A stretch of DNA of 64,000 nt, taken from positions 266,352,001-266,416,000 of the forward strand of contig OZ024743.1 of NCBI GenBank assembly GCA_964016885.1, given 5' to 3'. Positions within the stretch are counted from its first letter, which is position 1. Each line of letters begins with the position of its first letter. Made by a program: the position numbers and the translations under genes. The notes beneath the pieces were generated by a model. That model ran no database searches and was not told the DNA's origin. It was given only the letters and a program-made list of their open reading frames with translations. Shown one piece after another: positions 12,691 to 27,467 of this stretch. This DNA is from Eledone cirrhosa. Taxonomy: Eukaryota.

Positions 12691-13133
12691 AATATATAAT
12701 AATATACATAACCTAATAAACATCAGAATTATATCTGAAATAACATTTCTCTTTTCAGTTTGTCAGACAGGGCACTGTGCAGATATATTGAAAAGGCTTA
12801 TATTATGTAATCTGGAAACTATTAACGTATGAAGGTGTTTCGGTCACAGGGATATATTATAAAGGCTTATACAGGTGACGATTTGTCTACTAGCATTCGT
12901 TTACTTTCATCTACATCGTTGAGAATATACAACATTGATGATCTAGACATGTTATGAATTAACAAACAGCGGACCCTAAGAGACAACATGAAGTGAAGAG
13001 AAAATACCTATTTATAATTGAAAGCCAAAAAGTGAGGTATATTAATTATCCAGAAAATGGATATTTGGTAGGTCTGTCATTTCAAACCGTTGAATATTTC
13101 CTCTCCTTACGGTAAACCAAAATTCCTTATTCG

Positions 13134-13208
<75 letters not shown>

Positions 13209-13476
13209 AAGCATCAAAGGCATGTATTGAGTTAGAAACTCAAAATAGTCTCATTACAGTAAATTAGCTCTAGGAAAAAGGTTTTTCCGAGCCGTATAGT
13301 ATAAATGAACAAAAAAAAAAACGAACACAGACATATACATGTATGTGTTCAAATCGTAATGGACCAGAATCACTAAGGTAAAAAGAATACTAATTACAGA
13401 CAATAGGGTTTGTTAGACTCAATTTAAGAATAAATCAAGAAAAATAAATACAAACCGGCATTGTGGTAACTACCCA

Positions 13477-13653
13477 TCACCCGGACGGCTTTTGATAGAA
13501 CCGTTTCGCACGAGGTTAACTTTGCTTTTCATCCATATGGGGTTGATAAAATAAAGTACCATTAATACACTGGTTAATTGCTGGCCTTGTGCCAAAATTA
13601 GAAACAATTATTTGTGAAGAGGTATACTAAATTCCTAGCTCATCAGCGGGTGA
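13477..13653 (-). ncRNA. Hammerhead ribozyme (F5) interrupted in stem II by a SINE
   Basis: Minus strand TCACCCG-CTGATGA-GC...[SINE]...GC-GAAA-CGGTT(CTATCAAA)AGCCG-TC-CGGGTGA; perfect 7-bp stem I. Confidence 0.8.
13511..13612 (+). mobile_element. 5'-truncated SINE A
   Basis: Core and 3' end match 2817-2915. Confidence 0.85.
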
Positions 13654-14130
13654 AGAATTAGTATCCTGATCACTTCTAAATAAAATAAAAAAACTGGATA
13701 GTGTGTGTATATATAACGCACATGGTTTCCGAACTTAGCGCGTCGTGCAGACTCACGCCACTAAAAATAGCAGCCGCGTCTACACGACATTTGAATTAGC
13801 TCTACGAATTAACGGAGCCGAATATATCAAAGGCATGTATTGAGTTAGAAACTCAAAATAGTCTCATTACAGTAAATTAGCTCTAGGAAAATTAGCTCTA
13901 GTATAACTAAACAAAAGAGAAAAACGAACACAGACATATACATATATGTGTTCAAATCGTAATGGACCAGAATCGGTAAGGTGAAAAAATAATAACTACA
14001 GACAATAGGGTTTGCTAGACCCAATTTAAGAATAAATCAGTCTAAATTGAGCCTAGCAAACCCTATTGTCTGTAGTTAGTAATGTTTATGGTATTTTATG
14101 TACTACGGATATAACCCACAAGTGTTCTAC

Positions 14131-14166
<36 letters not shown>

Positions 14167-14171
14167 TATAT

Positions 14172-14230
<59 letters not shown>

Positions 14231-15149
14231 CGTGCGTGTATGTGTGTGTGTTCATGTGCGTATGTATATATTTGTGTGGGAATTTATTCAATCACACCAT
14301 TTGGCGTTTGGTTCCATTTGCGTTTCATTTATTTGTGATCAATAAAATACCTTTCGAATAAAATATCGATTCTTCTCTCCCCCTTTTATATCTCTCTCTC
14401 TCTTTCTCACACGCACACACACACACACACATTTTCTATTTGTCAGTATGTATGTCTATCTCTCTATCTTTTCTCTCTTTTATCTTACACTCGCTACGTC
14501 TCCCTCACTCTTGCTTTCTCTTAAGGAATGCAACAGTTACTTTTTTTACCCTAATGCATTTTGTACTCTTTCTTAGTATGAGATAAGGCAAAGCAAGAAC
14601 GCCAGCCACCATTAAATATGAATCCCTCCCATAGAGGCGATATCCATGCGGGGAATATACCTTAGATAGATTTAATAATACAAGAAATATGCAGACTGGG
14701 AGACATGCATTCTGGCCCATGTGCTTGCTACAGAGTGGGCTCTACTGAAGGTATTCAAGGATCAGGTGATATATTTAAGATGGGCACGTATAAACCTATT
14801 CTCATTCTTCAGTTATAACATTTTATATATGTTGCTAATAAATGTATTGATTTATATATGAGAAACATAAATCTAGTGGTTTAGCCATAGGGTCTATTCT
14901 GACAATAGATTATATATAAATGCACACATCATACCTATCCTGCCTAAAACTTTATTCTTCAAACTTCCAAGCTCACTCTTCTAACGATACACTTCCTTGT
15001 GAAGTACACACGTTCAATTCGTTTTCCTTTTCGAACAAGCGGGAATCTATTAAGACTTTGTGTAATTGTGTCTCTTCTATCCTCTTATTCTTTAATTATA
15101 ATAATAAAATAATAACGACTGTCCAATAAGGACATCAATCAGCTTGGTT

Positions 15150-15310
15150 CGCTATAGTGCCTCAGAAGTGCTGGTTTGGAAGCAGATCTCTTAGTTGTTG
15201 GACGAAACCAATCCCTAAACACTCGATCCAATAGACACAGAATAGGAAAAGATGGGACTAGCCCTCTATGCAAAATATGCTACAAATACGAAGAAACGGT
15301 AGATCATATA
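15150..15310 (+). pseudogene. Non-LTR retrotransposon C-terminal zinc-knuckle fragment
   Basis: NQSLNTR...GTSPLCKICYKYEETVDHI resembles the CxxC...ETxxH knuckle downstream of non-LTR RT domains. Confidence 0.55.
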
Positions 15311-15479
15311 TATATATGTATCTGGCTTAACGACACGAGGTGCCACCGGGAAAGGAACTCACAACGGAAGATCATAACGGTTAGTCACGCAACTTCACTA
15401 GAGTGATGTGCGTGGTGCCACTTCGTCACTCCCAAATATGAGCCTTCCAGTTATTTTCTCAACAGAACAACTGGCTCAT

Positions 15480-15735
15480 GGAATTTATATGTAAATTAAT
15501 AAGCATTTCCGGGACACGTGTGAGTAATTTTAACGCAGTTACAAGGGATATTCAGCGTGACACAGTGAATGACAAAGCTGGCCATTTCATTAAAAATCAA
15601 AAGTCTTTTTTACAAGCTGATTGAACTGGAGCAACGTGACAGATATTGACTTGCCCCAGGCTAGAACATCCTGCCAGGAAATCAAATTCAGGATCGGCAT
15701 CAGAACATCATAACTACTAAGCTACGGACCTTCAC
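15480..15735 (-). mobile_element. Decayed SINE family B
   Basis: ATTCAGCGTGACACAG...CTGGAGCAACGTG matches 63105-63397. Confidence 0.65.
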
Positions 15736-15991
15736 ACCAGTGATATAAATATACAGAATTATACGTAAAAGATATAAAGTTGACGGAATATTTCCGGTAT
15801 CACTATTCCATTTAGCTTTGTGATTCCTCATAGTGAATGTAAACTAAAAAAAAAATGGCCTTTCACACTTTCAAACATCAAGACTGTTCTTGATTATGTT
15901 CCATTATTGCATCCATAAGTATAAAACTATTCTTATGTATAGACATCTACAAACATACATGTGTAATCATGTATTTCTGTATGTATGTATG

Positions 15992-16515
15992 TCAGGTCGC
16001 TCTCTAGTGCTACTGGTAACATGTAACCCAGTACAACCTGTCTCATGGTCGGGTCGTCGGCGACTAAACCGGCAGCCTCACCAAGCTAGCCTGGTGAAAT
16101 GGGTGATATTTCGACAACCTGTGGGATAAAATACAAGAACCGGCAAAGGGCGGAGGAACTCAGCTGAGTCAATTGCAATCGAAATAGTACTTTTTTTTAC
16201 CTAGGAGTGAAAGGCCCCCAGTCGTTGTCACAACACCTTTCAAAGAGAAGGAAACTCTGAAAAACAAAACCTGCGGCTTCGGAAGCATCCAATGATGTGG
16301 ACCAGTTCTCCTTTTGAGGTAATGTTTTTGATGCTCAGAGAGTGGGATTGGTAAAGTGCAAGGCCTTTCACCATTTGAAAGATCTTCAAAGCACAGACAT
16401 TGCTTGTTCAGGGTCTGTTACAGGTCTATGTGACTGGCCGTAGCCTAAAACTGCACCAAACTATGTAACCTGATAAGCGATTGCACTACTCTTAGCAGAG
16501 TTTGCAGCCATCAAG
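15992..16515 (+). mobile_element. Non-autonomous RTE-dependent element, copy A
   Basis: 5' end shared with 20469 and 21092 copies; RTE-like 3' hairpin plus GCAGCC and (TATG)n tail. Confidence 0.7.
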
Positions 16516-16604
16516 TAAGTATGTATGTATGTATGTATGTATGTATGTATGTATGTATGTATGTATGTATGTATGTATGTATGTATGTATGTATATGCAT
16601 ACGT

Positions 16605-19600
16605 ATCTGAGACGAGGTTAGCTGGAGATGGTCATCTTACGGAATTTTGTGGAGAATATACATTCTTCTGGAAAGGAAGAGATGAAGGAACCAGAAGAGA
16701 GGCTGGGGTAGGATTTGCTGTTAAGACTGTACTTGTGAATAAATTAGAAGAATTCCCAGTAGGGATTAGTGAGCGTCTTATGTCCATGAGAGTTCTGCTG
16801 GACAAAGGAAGATATGCTACCCTGGTGAGTGTGTATGCTCCAACTATGAATTCTGTCGATGAAGAAAAACTGTCCTTTTACCATGCCTTGAAAGGTGTTC
16901 TAAGAAATATCCCTCAGGCAGACAAAGTCATCGTGCTTGGTGACTTTAATGCTAGAGTGGGTAGGGATTTTAACACATGGAATGTAATCGGAAGGCATGG
17001 GGTGGGAAAGTGTAACAGCAATGGCATGCTCCTGCTGCAGATGTGTGAGGAGCTGGATCTGTGTGTTACCAACACCATGTTCCAACAAAAGAACAAATTC
17101 AAGACCACATGGATGCATCCTGCATCTAAGGAATGGCATCTTTTGGACTACGTCCTAGTGAGGATGCGTGACAGACAGGATGTGCAGTGTGTTCGTGTTC
17201 TTCGTGGAGCTGAGTGCTGGATGGACCACCGCCTGGTACGCGCAAAAGTGAAACTAATCACCAAACGTAAAATCCGGGCTCCTGGTGTACCCTGCCCAAA
17301 AGATTGAATGCTGCTCGTCTTAAGGATAAAAATGTGAAGAGGACATTGGAAGAAGAGATGCAGGCTGCAGATATTGGTGAGGATTGGCCGACCCTTAAAA
17401 AGTCGGTTTATGATGTAGGCAGGCGTGTTCTGGGATTGGTGCAGAGAAAACATCAGGACTGGTTTAATGAGAATGATGTACATATAGAAGACTTGTTGGC
17501 TGATAAGAGGCGTGCTCTGTCATGCTACTTGACGGCAAAATCACAGGAGAGGAATACGTTGCATGAGGAGCTCATGGATGTAAAATCACGTGTTAGGCGG
17601 AGTCTTTCTCAGATGAAGGATCAGTGGTGGGGTGAGAAGGCTGGTGAGATACAAACTGCGTCCGATTCCAATAACACAAAGCTGTTGTACAGTCTCTTGC
17701 GTGAGGTTTATGTACCGTCTTCTTCTCTGGTGACACCGCTTCGCAGCAAGGATGTCAAAGAACTTCTTCGTGACTCACAGGGAATTCTACGAAGGTGGCG
17801 AGAGCACTTTGATGATCTTTTGAATCAGCCGTCTGTCGTCAGTGAAGATTTCCTCAATCTCATTCCAGAAAGTCCTGTGAAAGTAGCTCTCGTAGAACCT
17901 CCGACGCTTGTGGAGGTTGCCGTGGCTATTTCGAAGCTGAACAGTGGAAAATCTCCAAGTATGGATGGCATACATGCTGAGCTCCTACAATATGGTGGTG
18001 AGAGACTCCTGCAACATCTGCACTCTTTGTTTGGAAGGATATGGGCTAATGAATCCGTACCTGAGGACTGGAGAGATGCAGTAATGGTGGTCTTGTACAA
18101 GGGAAAGGGTAACAGGAATGATTGTGGGAACTACAGAGGTATATCATTGCTTTCTGTCGTAGGGAAAGTTTTATGTAGGATGCTTCTGGACCGTCTGCTG
18201 ACACACATTGCAGATTGTGTTCTTCCTGAAAGTCAATCTGGTTTTCGTGCTGGACGCGGCACTACTGATATGATCTTCTCAGCTAGACAGCTCCAGGAGA
18301 AGTGCATTGAACAAGGCTTGGATCTGTATCAGGTTTTTGTCGATCTGACAAAGGCTTTCGATACTGTCAACAGAGAGGCATTATGGAAGGTTCTCCAGAA
18401 ACATGGTTGCCCTGATAAGTTCCTTGCTTTAGTTAGATCTTTCCATGACGACATGAAGGCTTGGGTTAATGTCGGAGGTAACATGTCGGAGCCTATCTCA
18501 GTAAAAAATGGAGTGAAACAGGGGGATATTCCAGCACTGACCCTGTTTGCCATATACTTTGCAATGGTTTTCTGTATTGCATTCAGGAATTGCGAGCATG
18601 GTGTTTACATCCGATATCGAACCTCAGGCAGCATATTTAACATCAGGCGCTTTGCTGCGCAGACAAAAGTATTTACATCAATCATAAGAGACCTCTTGTA
18701 TGCAGATGATTGCGATCTTGTAGCGCATACAGAGAGTGATATGCAGCACATTTTGAATGCATTTTCTGACGCTTGCACTGCCCTGGGTTTGACTGTCAGT
18801 CTCAAGAAAACCGTCGTCATGTACCAACCTGCCCATAGTAAGCAGTACACTGAACCAAACATCTATGTGTATGGCAAACGACTTGGAGTGGTTGATCAGT
18901 TTGTCTACCTGGGAAGCACTGTCAATCGATACGGCAACCTTGACAGTGAAATCTCCCTTAGGATTAGGAAAGCAAGTGATGCTTTCGGAAAGCTAGAAAG
19001 GCGACTCTGGGGTCGGCGAGACATATGCAGGAGGACAAAGGTAAAGGTGTACAGGGCATGTGTACTCTCTTGTCTTCTTTATGCATGCGAGACCTGGGTC
19101 ACATATCGACACCATCTTAAGCAATTGGAGCGTTTCCATCAGATGTGTCTCAGACGGATCCATGGCGTTCACTGGAGGGACCATATCAGTGATGTCGAGA
19201 TTTTGGAAAGCTCTATGTGTGACAGTATAGAAGCTCTTGTGCTTAAGCAACGACTCCGTTGGAGTGGTCGCCTTGCCAGGATGAAGGATTCTAGAATACC
19301 AAAACAAATCTTCTATGGAGAGTTGATTAAAGGAAAACGACCGCCACATAAACCAAATAAGAGGTATAAGGATTCCTTGAAAGCCTCTCTGAAAGACGCT
19401 AACAGCTCTGCTGATACATGGGAAAATATTGCTGCTGATCGTAATAAATGGAGAAAGACTGTATATGAGCGTATGTTGGAGACTCTGCCTAAGCAAAGCT
19501 GGACTCGAAAGTCATCTTCGCAGTCATAAAGTAAGACCAGTGGTTGACTACCAGGCTGCTGTTGGAGATGCTACTCATCATGTTTGCCAAACATGTGGTA

Positions 19601-19761
19601 GAGAATGTAAATCAGCAGGAGGGCTCAAGCGACATGCAAAAGTACACGAACTCCAACCACAGCCGACTATTCCCAGGGAATGTTTTGGTTGCCGACTCTG
19701 TGAAAGACATTGTAGATCATTGGCTGGGCTAAAAAGCCACATTCGATCGCAGCACTGTTAG
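16605..19761 (+). pseudogene. RTE ORF: apurinic endonuclease + reverse transcriptase + three C2H2 fingers (frameshift ~17300, deletion/frameshift ~19465)
   Basis: SETRL, SVYAPT, GDFNARVG, LDYVL, DHRLV (EN); NYRGISLL, QSGFRAGR, FVDLTKAFDTV, GVKQG, LYADD, YLGS (RT); CxxC...GLxxH...H fingers in 19429-19761. Confidence 0.92.
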
Positions 19762-19881
19762 TTGTTATCGTGTATGTGTGTGTGTGTGTAGATATGCTTA
19801 TGTGCGTGCGTGTGTGTGTATATATATATGAATATGTATATTATTATTGTTGTTGTCGTTATTATTATTATTGCTATTATT

Positions 19882-20095
19882 TGGATTGGCAGTATCGGTG
19901 GAGGGTCAGACACCATGCTTTCCAGCATAGTTACGTCCCTTTACGATCTGAGTTCAAATCCCGCCGAGGTTTGATTTTGCCTTTCATCCTTACGGGGTCG
20001 ATAAAATAAAGTACCAGTAATGCACTGGGTAATTGCTGGCCTTGTGCCTAAAGTAGAAACAATTATTATTATTATTATTATTATTATTATTGTTA
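19882..20095 (+). mobile_element. SINE A inserted in the RTE 3' UTR
   Basis: Nearly identical to 27849-28033; long (ATT)n tail. Confidence 0.9.
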
Positions 20096-20161
20096 TTAAT
20101 GTATGTGTGTGTGTGTGTATATGTGTGTGTATGTGTGTATGTGTGTGTGTATGTATATATG

Positions 20162-20275
<114 letters not shown>

Positions 20276-20468
20276 TTATTTTATTTTATTTATTTATTTT
20301 TTTATTTTTTATTTTTTTCTTCTCGTGCAATGGCCATACTCGATAACGAGGGGGCAGCCTTCATCATGTATATACGTATGTATGTATGTATGTATGTATG
20401 TATGTATGTATGTATGTATGTATGTATGTATGTATGTATGTATGTGTGTATGTATGTACGTATGTATG

Positions 20469-21065
20469 TTGGTGCTAATGGTAACATGTATCCCAGTACA
20501 ACCTGTCTCATGGTCGGGTCGTTGGCGACTAAACTGGCAACCCCACCAAGGTTTCTTGGTGAGGAGTGTGACTTTGGACATCCTGCAGGACTAAAAACAA
20601 AACTTGTCAAAGGGCAAGGGAGCTCTTAAGAGTCAATAGCCATCCAAAATCACCGGGAGAGATGACCCCTTAGCCTTTGTCAAGGCAGAATTCTAGGAGA
20701 AGGAAAACTCTGATATAACACCTGCAATCCTGATGGTATCCAATGATGTTGACTTGTTCTTCTTTTTGGTAAATATCATCTTGGTTAAGAGAGTGGGACT
20801 GGTTTTGTGCAGTGCCTTTGCTCACTATAAAAGCTTCACAGCACAGGCATTGCTTTATATCTGGAGATCTCTCTGCACTTGTCATCACATGGTACCATGG
20901 GCCCTGCACTATGTGTCAATAATGGTCACAAGTGTAGTCTTTGTACCAGAGTTTTCAAGTCGCTGGCTGGACTAAAAAGTCACATTCGTTCAGCGCATCG
21001 GTAGGGGTTCTCCTACATGGATATAAAGTAGTGGCCGTACTCGAAAACGAGTTGGCAGCCACCAT
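20469..21065 (+). mobile_element. Non-autonomous RTE-dependent element, copy B
   Basis: Tandem with copy C; 3' end TGGCCGTACTCGAAAACGAGTTGGCAGCCACCATGTATG resembles the RTE 3' end. Confidence 0.8.
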
Positions 21066-21091
21066 GTATGTATGTATGTATGTATGTATGT

Positions 21092-21697
21092 CAGGTCACC
21101 AGTTGGTGCTACTGGTAACATGTATCCCAGTACAACCTGTCTCATGGTCGGGTCGTTGGCGACTAAACTGTCAACCTCACCAAGGTTTCTTGGTGAGGAG
21201 GGTGACTTTGGACATCCTGCAGGACTAAAAACAAAACATGTCAAAGGGCAAAGGAGCTCTTAAGAGTCAATGGCCATCCAAAATCACCGGGAGAGATGAC
21301 CCCTTAGCTTTTGTCAAGGCAGAATTCTAGGAGAAGGAAAACTCTGATATAACACCTGCAACTCTGATGGTATCCAATAATGTTGACTTGTTCTTCTGTT
21401 TGGTAAATATCATCTTGGTTAATCCAGTGGGACTGGCTTTGTGCAGTGCCTTTGCTCACTATAAAAGCTTCACGGCACAGGCATTGCTTTATATCTGGAG
21501 ATCTTTCCGCAATTGTCGTCACATGGTACCATTGGCCCAGCACTATGTTTGAATTGTCTCAAGTGTAGTGTTTGTACCAGAGTTTTTAAGTCGCTGGCTG
21601 GACTAAAAAGTCACACTCGTTCAGCGCATCGGTAGGGGTTCTCCTACATGGATATAAAGTAGTGGCCGTACTCGAAAACGAGTTGACAGCCACCATG
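21092..21697 (+). mobile_element. Non-autonomous RTE-dependent element, copy C
   Basis: Highly similar to copy B; flanked by (TATG)n. Confidence 0.8.
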
Positions 21698-21779
21698 TAT
21701 GTATGTATGCATGTATGGATATATATATGTGTGTATATATATATATAGAGATATAGATATAACTTTGATAACGTTGATA

Positions 21780-24266
21780 GGTTTCGACCAGTATTGGCCC
21801 GGCCATGTCTAATTCAGTAGCACCACCTGGCGAAGTCTTACAAATCAGTGTTTGGGCACCATGGACCACTCAAGCAGAGAGGTATTGTTTACGGAGGCAT
21901 ATCTGTATGTAGCAGGCTTATCCTGGATTTCTTGAAGGAACTTATCCAAAGACTTCTTGAACCTGATGGGGTCTGTCTCTGCTTTGATGTGTTTTGGTGT
22001 AAGAGAATAAAGTTTGAGCTTTTCAAATCGACCCCAATAGTCAAGTCCTGTCATGCCAACTATCCTTTTTGTAATTGACCATTGGGTTGCTTCAACTTTC
22101 ATGATACTTTGTTTCGTGTGGGGTGACCACAGTGGACAACAGTATTCAAGGTGGAGTCGGGCAAAAGTGGAGAAGAGAAGGATAACAGTGTGGATATCTC
22201 GCGACTGGAAAGTTCTGAGAATCTAGGAACACATTCTGCGGGCCATATCAACTTTGCTGTTTATATGAGTGGCCCAGCTTTTATTGTTGTCCACAATTAC
22301 TTCCAGGTCTCTGATGTTATTGGAAGTCACTAAAGTTTGACCCGAAGGAAGAGAGTATGGTAGTTTCAGGGCATCCTTTTTTCCAAAGTGGATTAGTTCA
22401 AATTTATCCTCATTCAACAGCATATTATACATCTCTGCCCATTGGATAACAGCCAGTAGGTCTGACTGAAGGCAAGTCTGGTCACCCACTTCATTGATGA
22501 ACCTTTGGAGCTTGGAAACATCTGCGAAGATTCTGGTGTTGCTGTGTTTGATGATGTCAGTAATGTCATTAATGTAGATGATGAAAAGAAGTGGGCCCAA
22601 TACAGTGCCTTGTGGGACGCCACTACTGACTTAGGCAGGGCTTGATTTTACTCCTTCGACTACAACATGCTGGGTTCTTCCTGTCAGGAAACATTTGATC
22701 CACTGTAGTAACTTTCCAGAGACATCAACATTGGATAGTTTTTTCAGTAGAATCTTATGATCAACCCTGTCGAAGGCCTTGCTGAAATCAAGGTAGATGT
22801 TGGAGCCTTCTCCCAAGGCTCTCAAAAGATCGTCAAAGTGATGCAGGAGCTGCGTTAGGCAGTCCCTTCCATTACAGAATCCATGTTGGTTGGAATTCAG
22901 CAGTCCGTTATTTCAATAAAGTGGGTTATTCGTGATCTCACCACCCTCTCAAATACCTTGATAATATGAGAGGTGAGTGAGATCGGACGGTAGTTCACTG
23001 CAAGGGACTTATTTCCCTTTTTGAAGACTGGGACAACGGATGTGACAGAAAGTTTTCAGGAATATATCCAGTGTCCAGTGAGTTCCTCCACAGATTAACA
23101 AGAGGAGTTGCAAGTTAGTGTCGACACACCTTCAGGAGACACGCAGGGAACCTGTCGGGGCCTAATGCTGAATTGAGTTTAATTTCGTTTATTGCCGCTA
23201 AGACATCAGCGGCGCCAAACGTTATATCTGATATAGTGTGTTCGGGGTTAATATCACTGATACGGCCCAGAACGGCCATATCATGGTTGCTGAAGACAGA
23301 GCAGTATTGTTTCTGCAGTATCTCGCCCATGGTTTTGGCATTTTCCTGGAGTGCGCCATTTTCATCAGCTAGAGGGCCAACAGTGGAGACGGTGAACTTG
23401 TGTTTTTTAGCGAATGAGAAGAACACTTTGGGGTTGAGTTTGATTTTCTCAATGGCCCACCTCTCTTCAGCTATTCTCTGTTTATTGATGATGGTCATCA
23501 TGCATTGCTGGAGGTTATATTTTTTTGACTCAAGCAGGGTGATAGCCATTGAATGTGTGTGCTGCTGTTGACAGTATTTTAGTGTGTTAATTTTTTTGTT
23601 TGTTCTTTTTATTTTTCTGATAATTGTTTTTCTGTTTTGGGGGATACTGCACTTGGTTTTGTTCACAGGTTTTGGTGGTGGTGGTGGTGGTGGTGGTGGT
23701 GGGGGGGGGGGTTGTACATATATTTGTGAAAGTGTCTACAAAGATCTGCCAAGATGTTTTGATGTTGGTGGAAGTGTGTGCGTGTGTAAAGACTAGTCGA
23801 CATGTGATAGTTCGTTCATTATTGCATCCCAGTTGGCATTGTGGAGATCCATGTTATCAAATGGGTGGCTGGAGAGAGGACCCTGGGATTAGCTTTCGGC
23901 TGGTGGAATCTCAGGATACAAAGAACCATGTCATGGTCTGACAGAAGGGTTTTTTTCCACTGTAATATTATGTATAGTGCTAGTGTGGTTACTAAACACT
24001 AGATCCAGAATTTTCTTCTGATGCCTCGTTGGTGCAAGGACAAGTTGGGACACGAAAAACTCATTCATGTAGTCAAGAAGTAACTCGACAGCCTCTTTGT
24101 CAGTGGTTGAGGCTGTGGAGCCTGGTTTCAAACTAGATGTAGACCAATCTACAGAGGGTAGATTAAAGTCTCCCATCAAAAGTATGTTGCTAGAATGGCA
24201 CTGTTTAATAAAGCATTAAATACTGATGAGGCATTCTTTGAAACAGATTATGGGTGTTTGTGGTGG

Positions 24267-24270
<4 letters not shown>
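21780..24270 (-). pseudogene. Decayed CR1/L2-group LINE (EN + RT fragments)
   Basis: MGDFNLPSVDW, ILDLVFSN (EN); GPDRFPA, IYLDFSKAFDRVDH, GPLLFIIYINDI, FADVSKL (RT); multiple stops and frameshifts. Confidence 0.88.
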
Positions 24271-24306
<36 letters not shown>

Positions 24307-24371
24307 TGGATAAAATCCTTCTCTTAATGCTTATTCTTTTTTTTCTCTTTTATACTATATATATATATATA

Positions 24372-24426
<55 letters not shown>

Positions 24427-24751
24427 ACGCACACGTGTGTATGCAAAAGTAGATGTATACATGCATAAGTAGACATACATATAAAAAGAAAAAAATGCTT
24501 TCACACAAACGCATACACTTAATTTTAAGTGGGTTGGGTATAATTTCGTTTCGTGTCTTGTAGAGCATTTTACGTTGCACCAGAACCATTTATCTGAATG
24601 CTGTTATGTTATATGTAAATACAGAAGGAACGAAAGGTAATCTTTGGAGTGAGTAATAAATTAGTTTATCTCTTGCGTTCTTCTCACTAAGAGCAGCTGC
24701 ACTCCAAACAAATAGTAAATGGAAGCGTAAAGTAATATATATTTATATGTA

Positions 24752-24823
<72 letters not shown>

Positions 24824-25825
24824 CGTATATATATATATGTACATATATAGATACATACAAAGGCATATATATCTCTATACATATATACACATATATAAAA
24901 ACACACACACAGATTTATAGTTATATATATAAAGAAATATGTATACATATATATATATATATATACATGTGTTCATACATACGCACACACGCATATATAT
25001 ATATATATATATATTAATATGTGTGTGTGCATGTGTATGTGTGCGTGTGTGTATGTGTTCGTGTGTGTGTTTACGTTCGCTGGCGCGCGTGTGTTTGTCT
25101 ATGTGTGGAGAGAGAAAAACAGATTACTAGATGGATTGATGTATATACATGAAGAGAGAAAGAATGAAAGAAAGTCTTTTGGTTGTGAGATGTGTTCATA
25201 TATTGTAGGAAGAATACATATTTATCATCATGCAAATATATATTTGGCGGTAAATATACAATAAAAAATATACCATATCTATTGCATGGTAATGCAAGTG
25301 TGTTACAAATACCCAAATAAACAGATGCACATACAAATTTATGCATACGTGTATGTATGCATATAACCCCTATATATATATATATTTCTGTGTGTGTATG
25401 CAATATATAGATCTATATCTTTCTATATATACACATACATACAAACGTCCTTTAATGCATGCATGCAGGTATATTTTCGCACGCGCACACGTACACACAC
25501 GTACACACACGTACATACATAAACAGTCACACTCGTATGCATTTACGATTGCTTCTTCACATTTGTGTTTGAAAGTCTGTGCTCATGTAAGCATACGTGA
25601 TTAATTTGGTTAGTTTTCTGAAAAGAACAATATACGTTTATGTTTTCCGAGCATAAAAGTACTTGAAAAATATTAAAGTATTAACACGCATACATGTCTG
25701 AATCTATCTAGCTATCACTACATCTCCTTTCTTACTTTCTCTCTACCCCCCCCCCTCTCTCTCGCTCACCCTCTCACTTTTGCTCTCTCTCTCATTCTCT
25801 CTCATTATATATATGTATATGTATA

Positions 25826-25875
<50 letters not shown>

Positions 25876-25924
25876 TGTGTGTGTGTGTGTGTATTTATAT
25901 ATTTATATATTTATAAATGTTATT

Positions 25925-26185
25925 AATATATAAGAAAACAAAGAATCAGTGCATCATATGCATATTACATATTACATATGTTTCACTGTCGATCAGCTTC
26001 AGGAACGACGATCTATTAATGGTCAAATCTGGAATCGGAAGCTACTCAGATATCGTTTAACATTGAGACGCGACGCTTTGTTCTCTTGTGTATTAATACT
26101 ACTGATACTCTGCTCCTCATGAGCACCGAGTGCTCATTCGGCATACCGCCTATGGACGCAATTTACTTGCACCTTAACACCTATA
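25925..26185 (-). mobile_element. Diverged F4 copy with decayed HHR (~25965-26055)
   Basis: Colinear with 11482-11625 and 11721-11795; minus strand CTGAGTA...GAAA-CATATG-TA. Confidence 0.65.
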
Positions 26186-26211
26186 CAAACAAACAGACAC
26201 ACACACACACA

Positions 26212-26342
<131 letters not shown>

Positions 26343-26344
26343 AA

Positions 26345-27078
<734 letters not shown>

Positions 27079-27089
27079 GTATATATATA

Positions 27090-27139
<50 letters not shown>

Positions 27140-27204
27140 TACATATATATATATATATATGCATATATATATATATACATATATATATATAAATATATAT
27201 ATAT

Positions 27205-27322
27205 ATAACGAAGGAAATGTGGTAAGGAACCAGGTGGACCAAATATTTGTTTTCTTATATATTTAGTCCAGAATTAGCCGTCGAAATGGCTTGAATTCAG
27301 CCGTCGGGGTCCTACTCGTTCC
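27205..27322. mobile_element. Rearranged F6 copy
   Basis: First ~35 bp identical to 38674-38709; the remainder is the reverse complement of 38756-38818. Confidence 0.75.
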
Positions 27323-27432
27323 TATATATATATATATACATATTTATATATATATATATACATTTATATATATATATATTTATAGATACATATATACATC
27401 CATACACACACACGCACACACACACACACACG

Positions 27433-27467
<35 letters not shown>

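Larger units (their letters stand above)
13205..14080 (-). mobile_element. Partial-tandem HHR-bearing repeat (family F5), ~510-bp unit, with short fold-back at 14040-14080
   Basis: 13213-13438 is directly repeated at 13826-14039; 14041-14080 is the reverse complement of ~13993-14030; begins at a (TA)n tract. Confidence 0.75.

Noticed and set aside
16900-19496. Minus-strand ORFs overlapping the RTE
   Set aside because: Antisense shadows of the LINE ORF.
24222-24260. CTGATGA...GAAA
   Set aside because: Lies in the antisense of LINE coding sequence; no stem I or II pairing.
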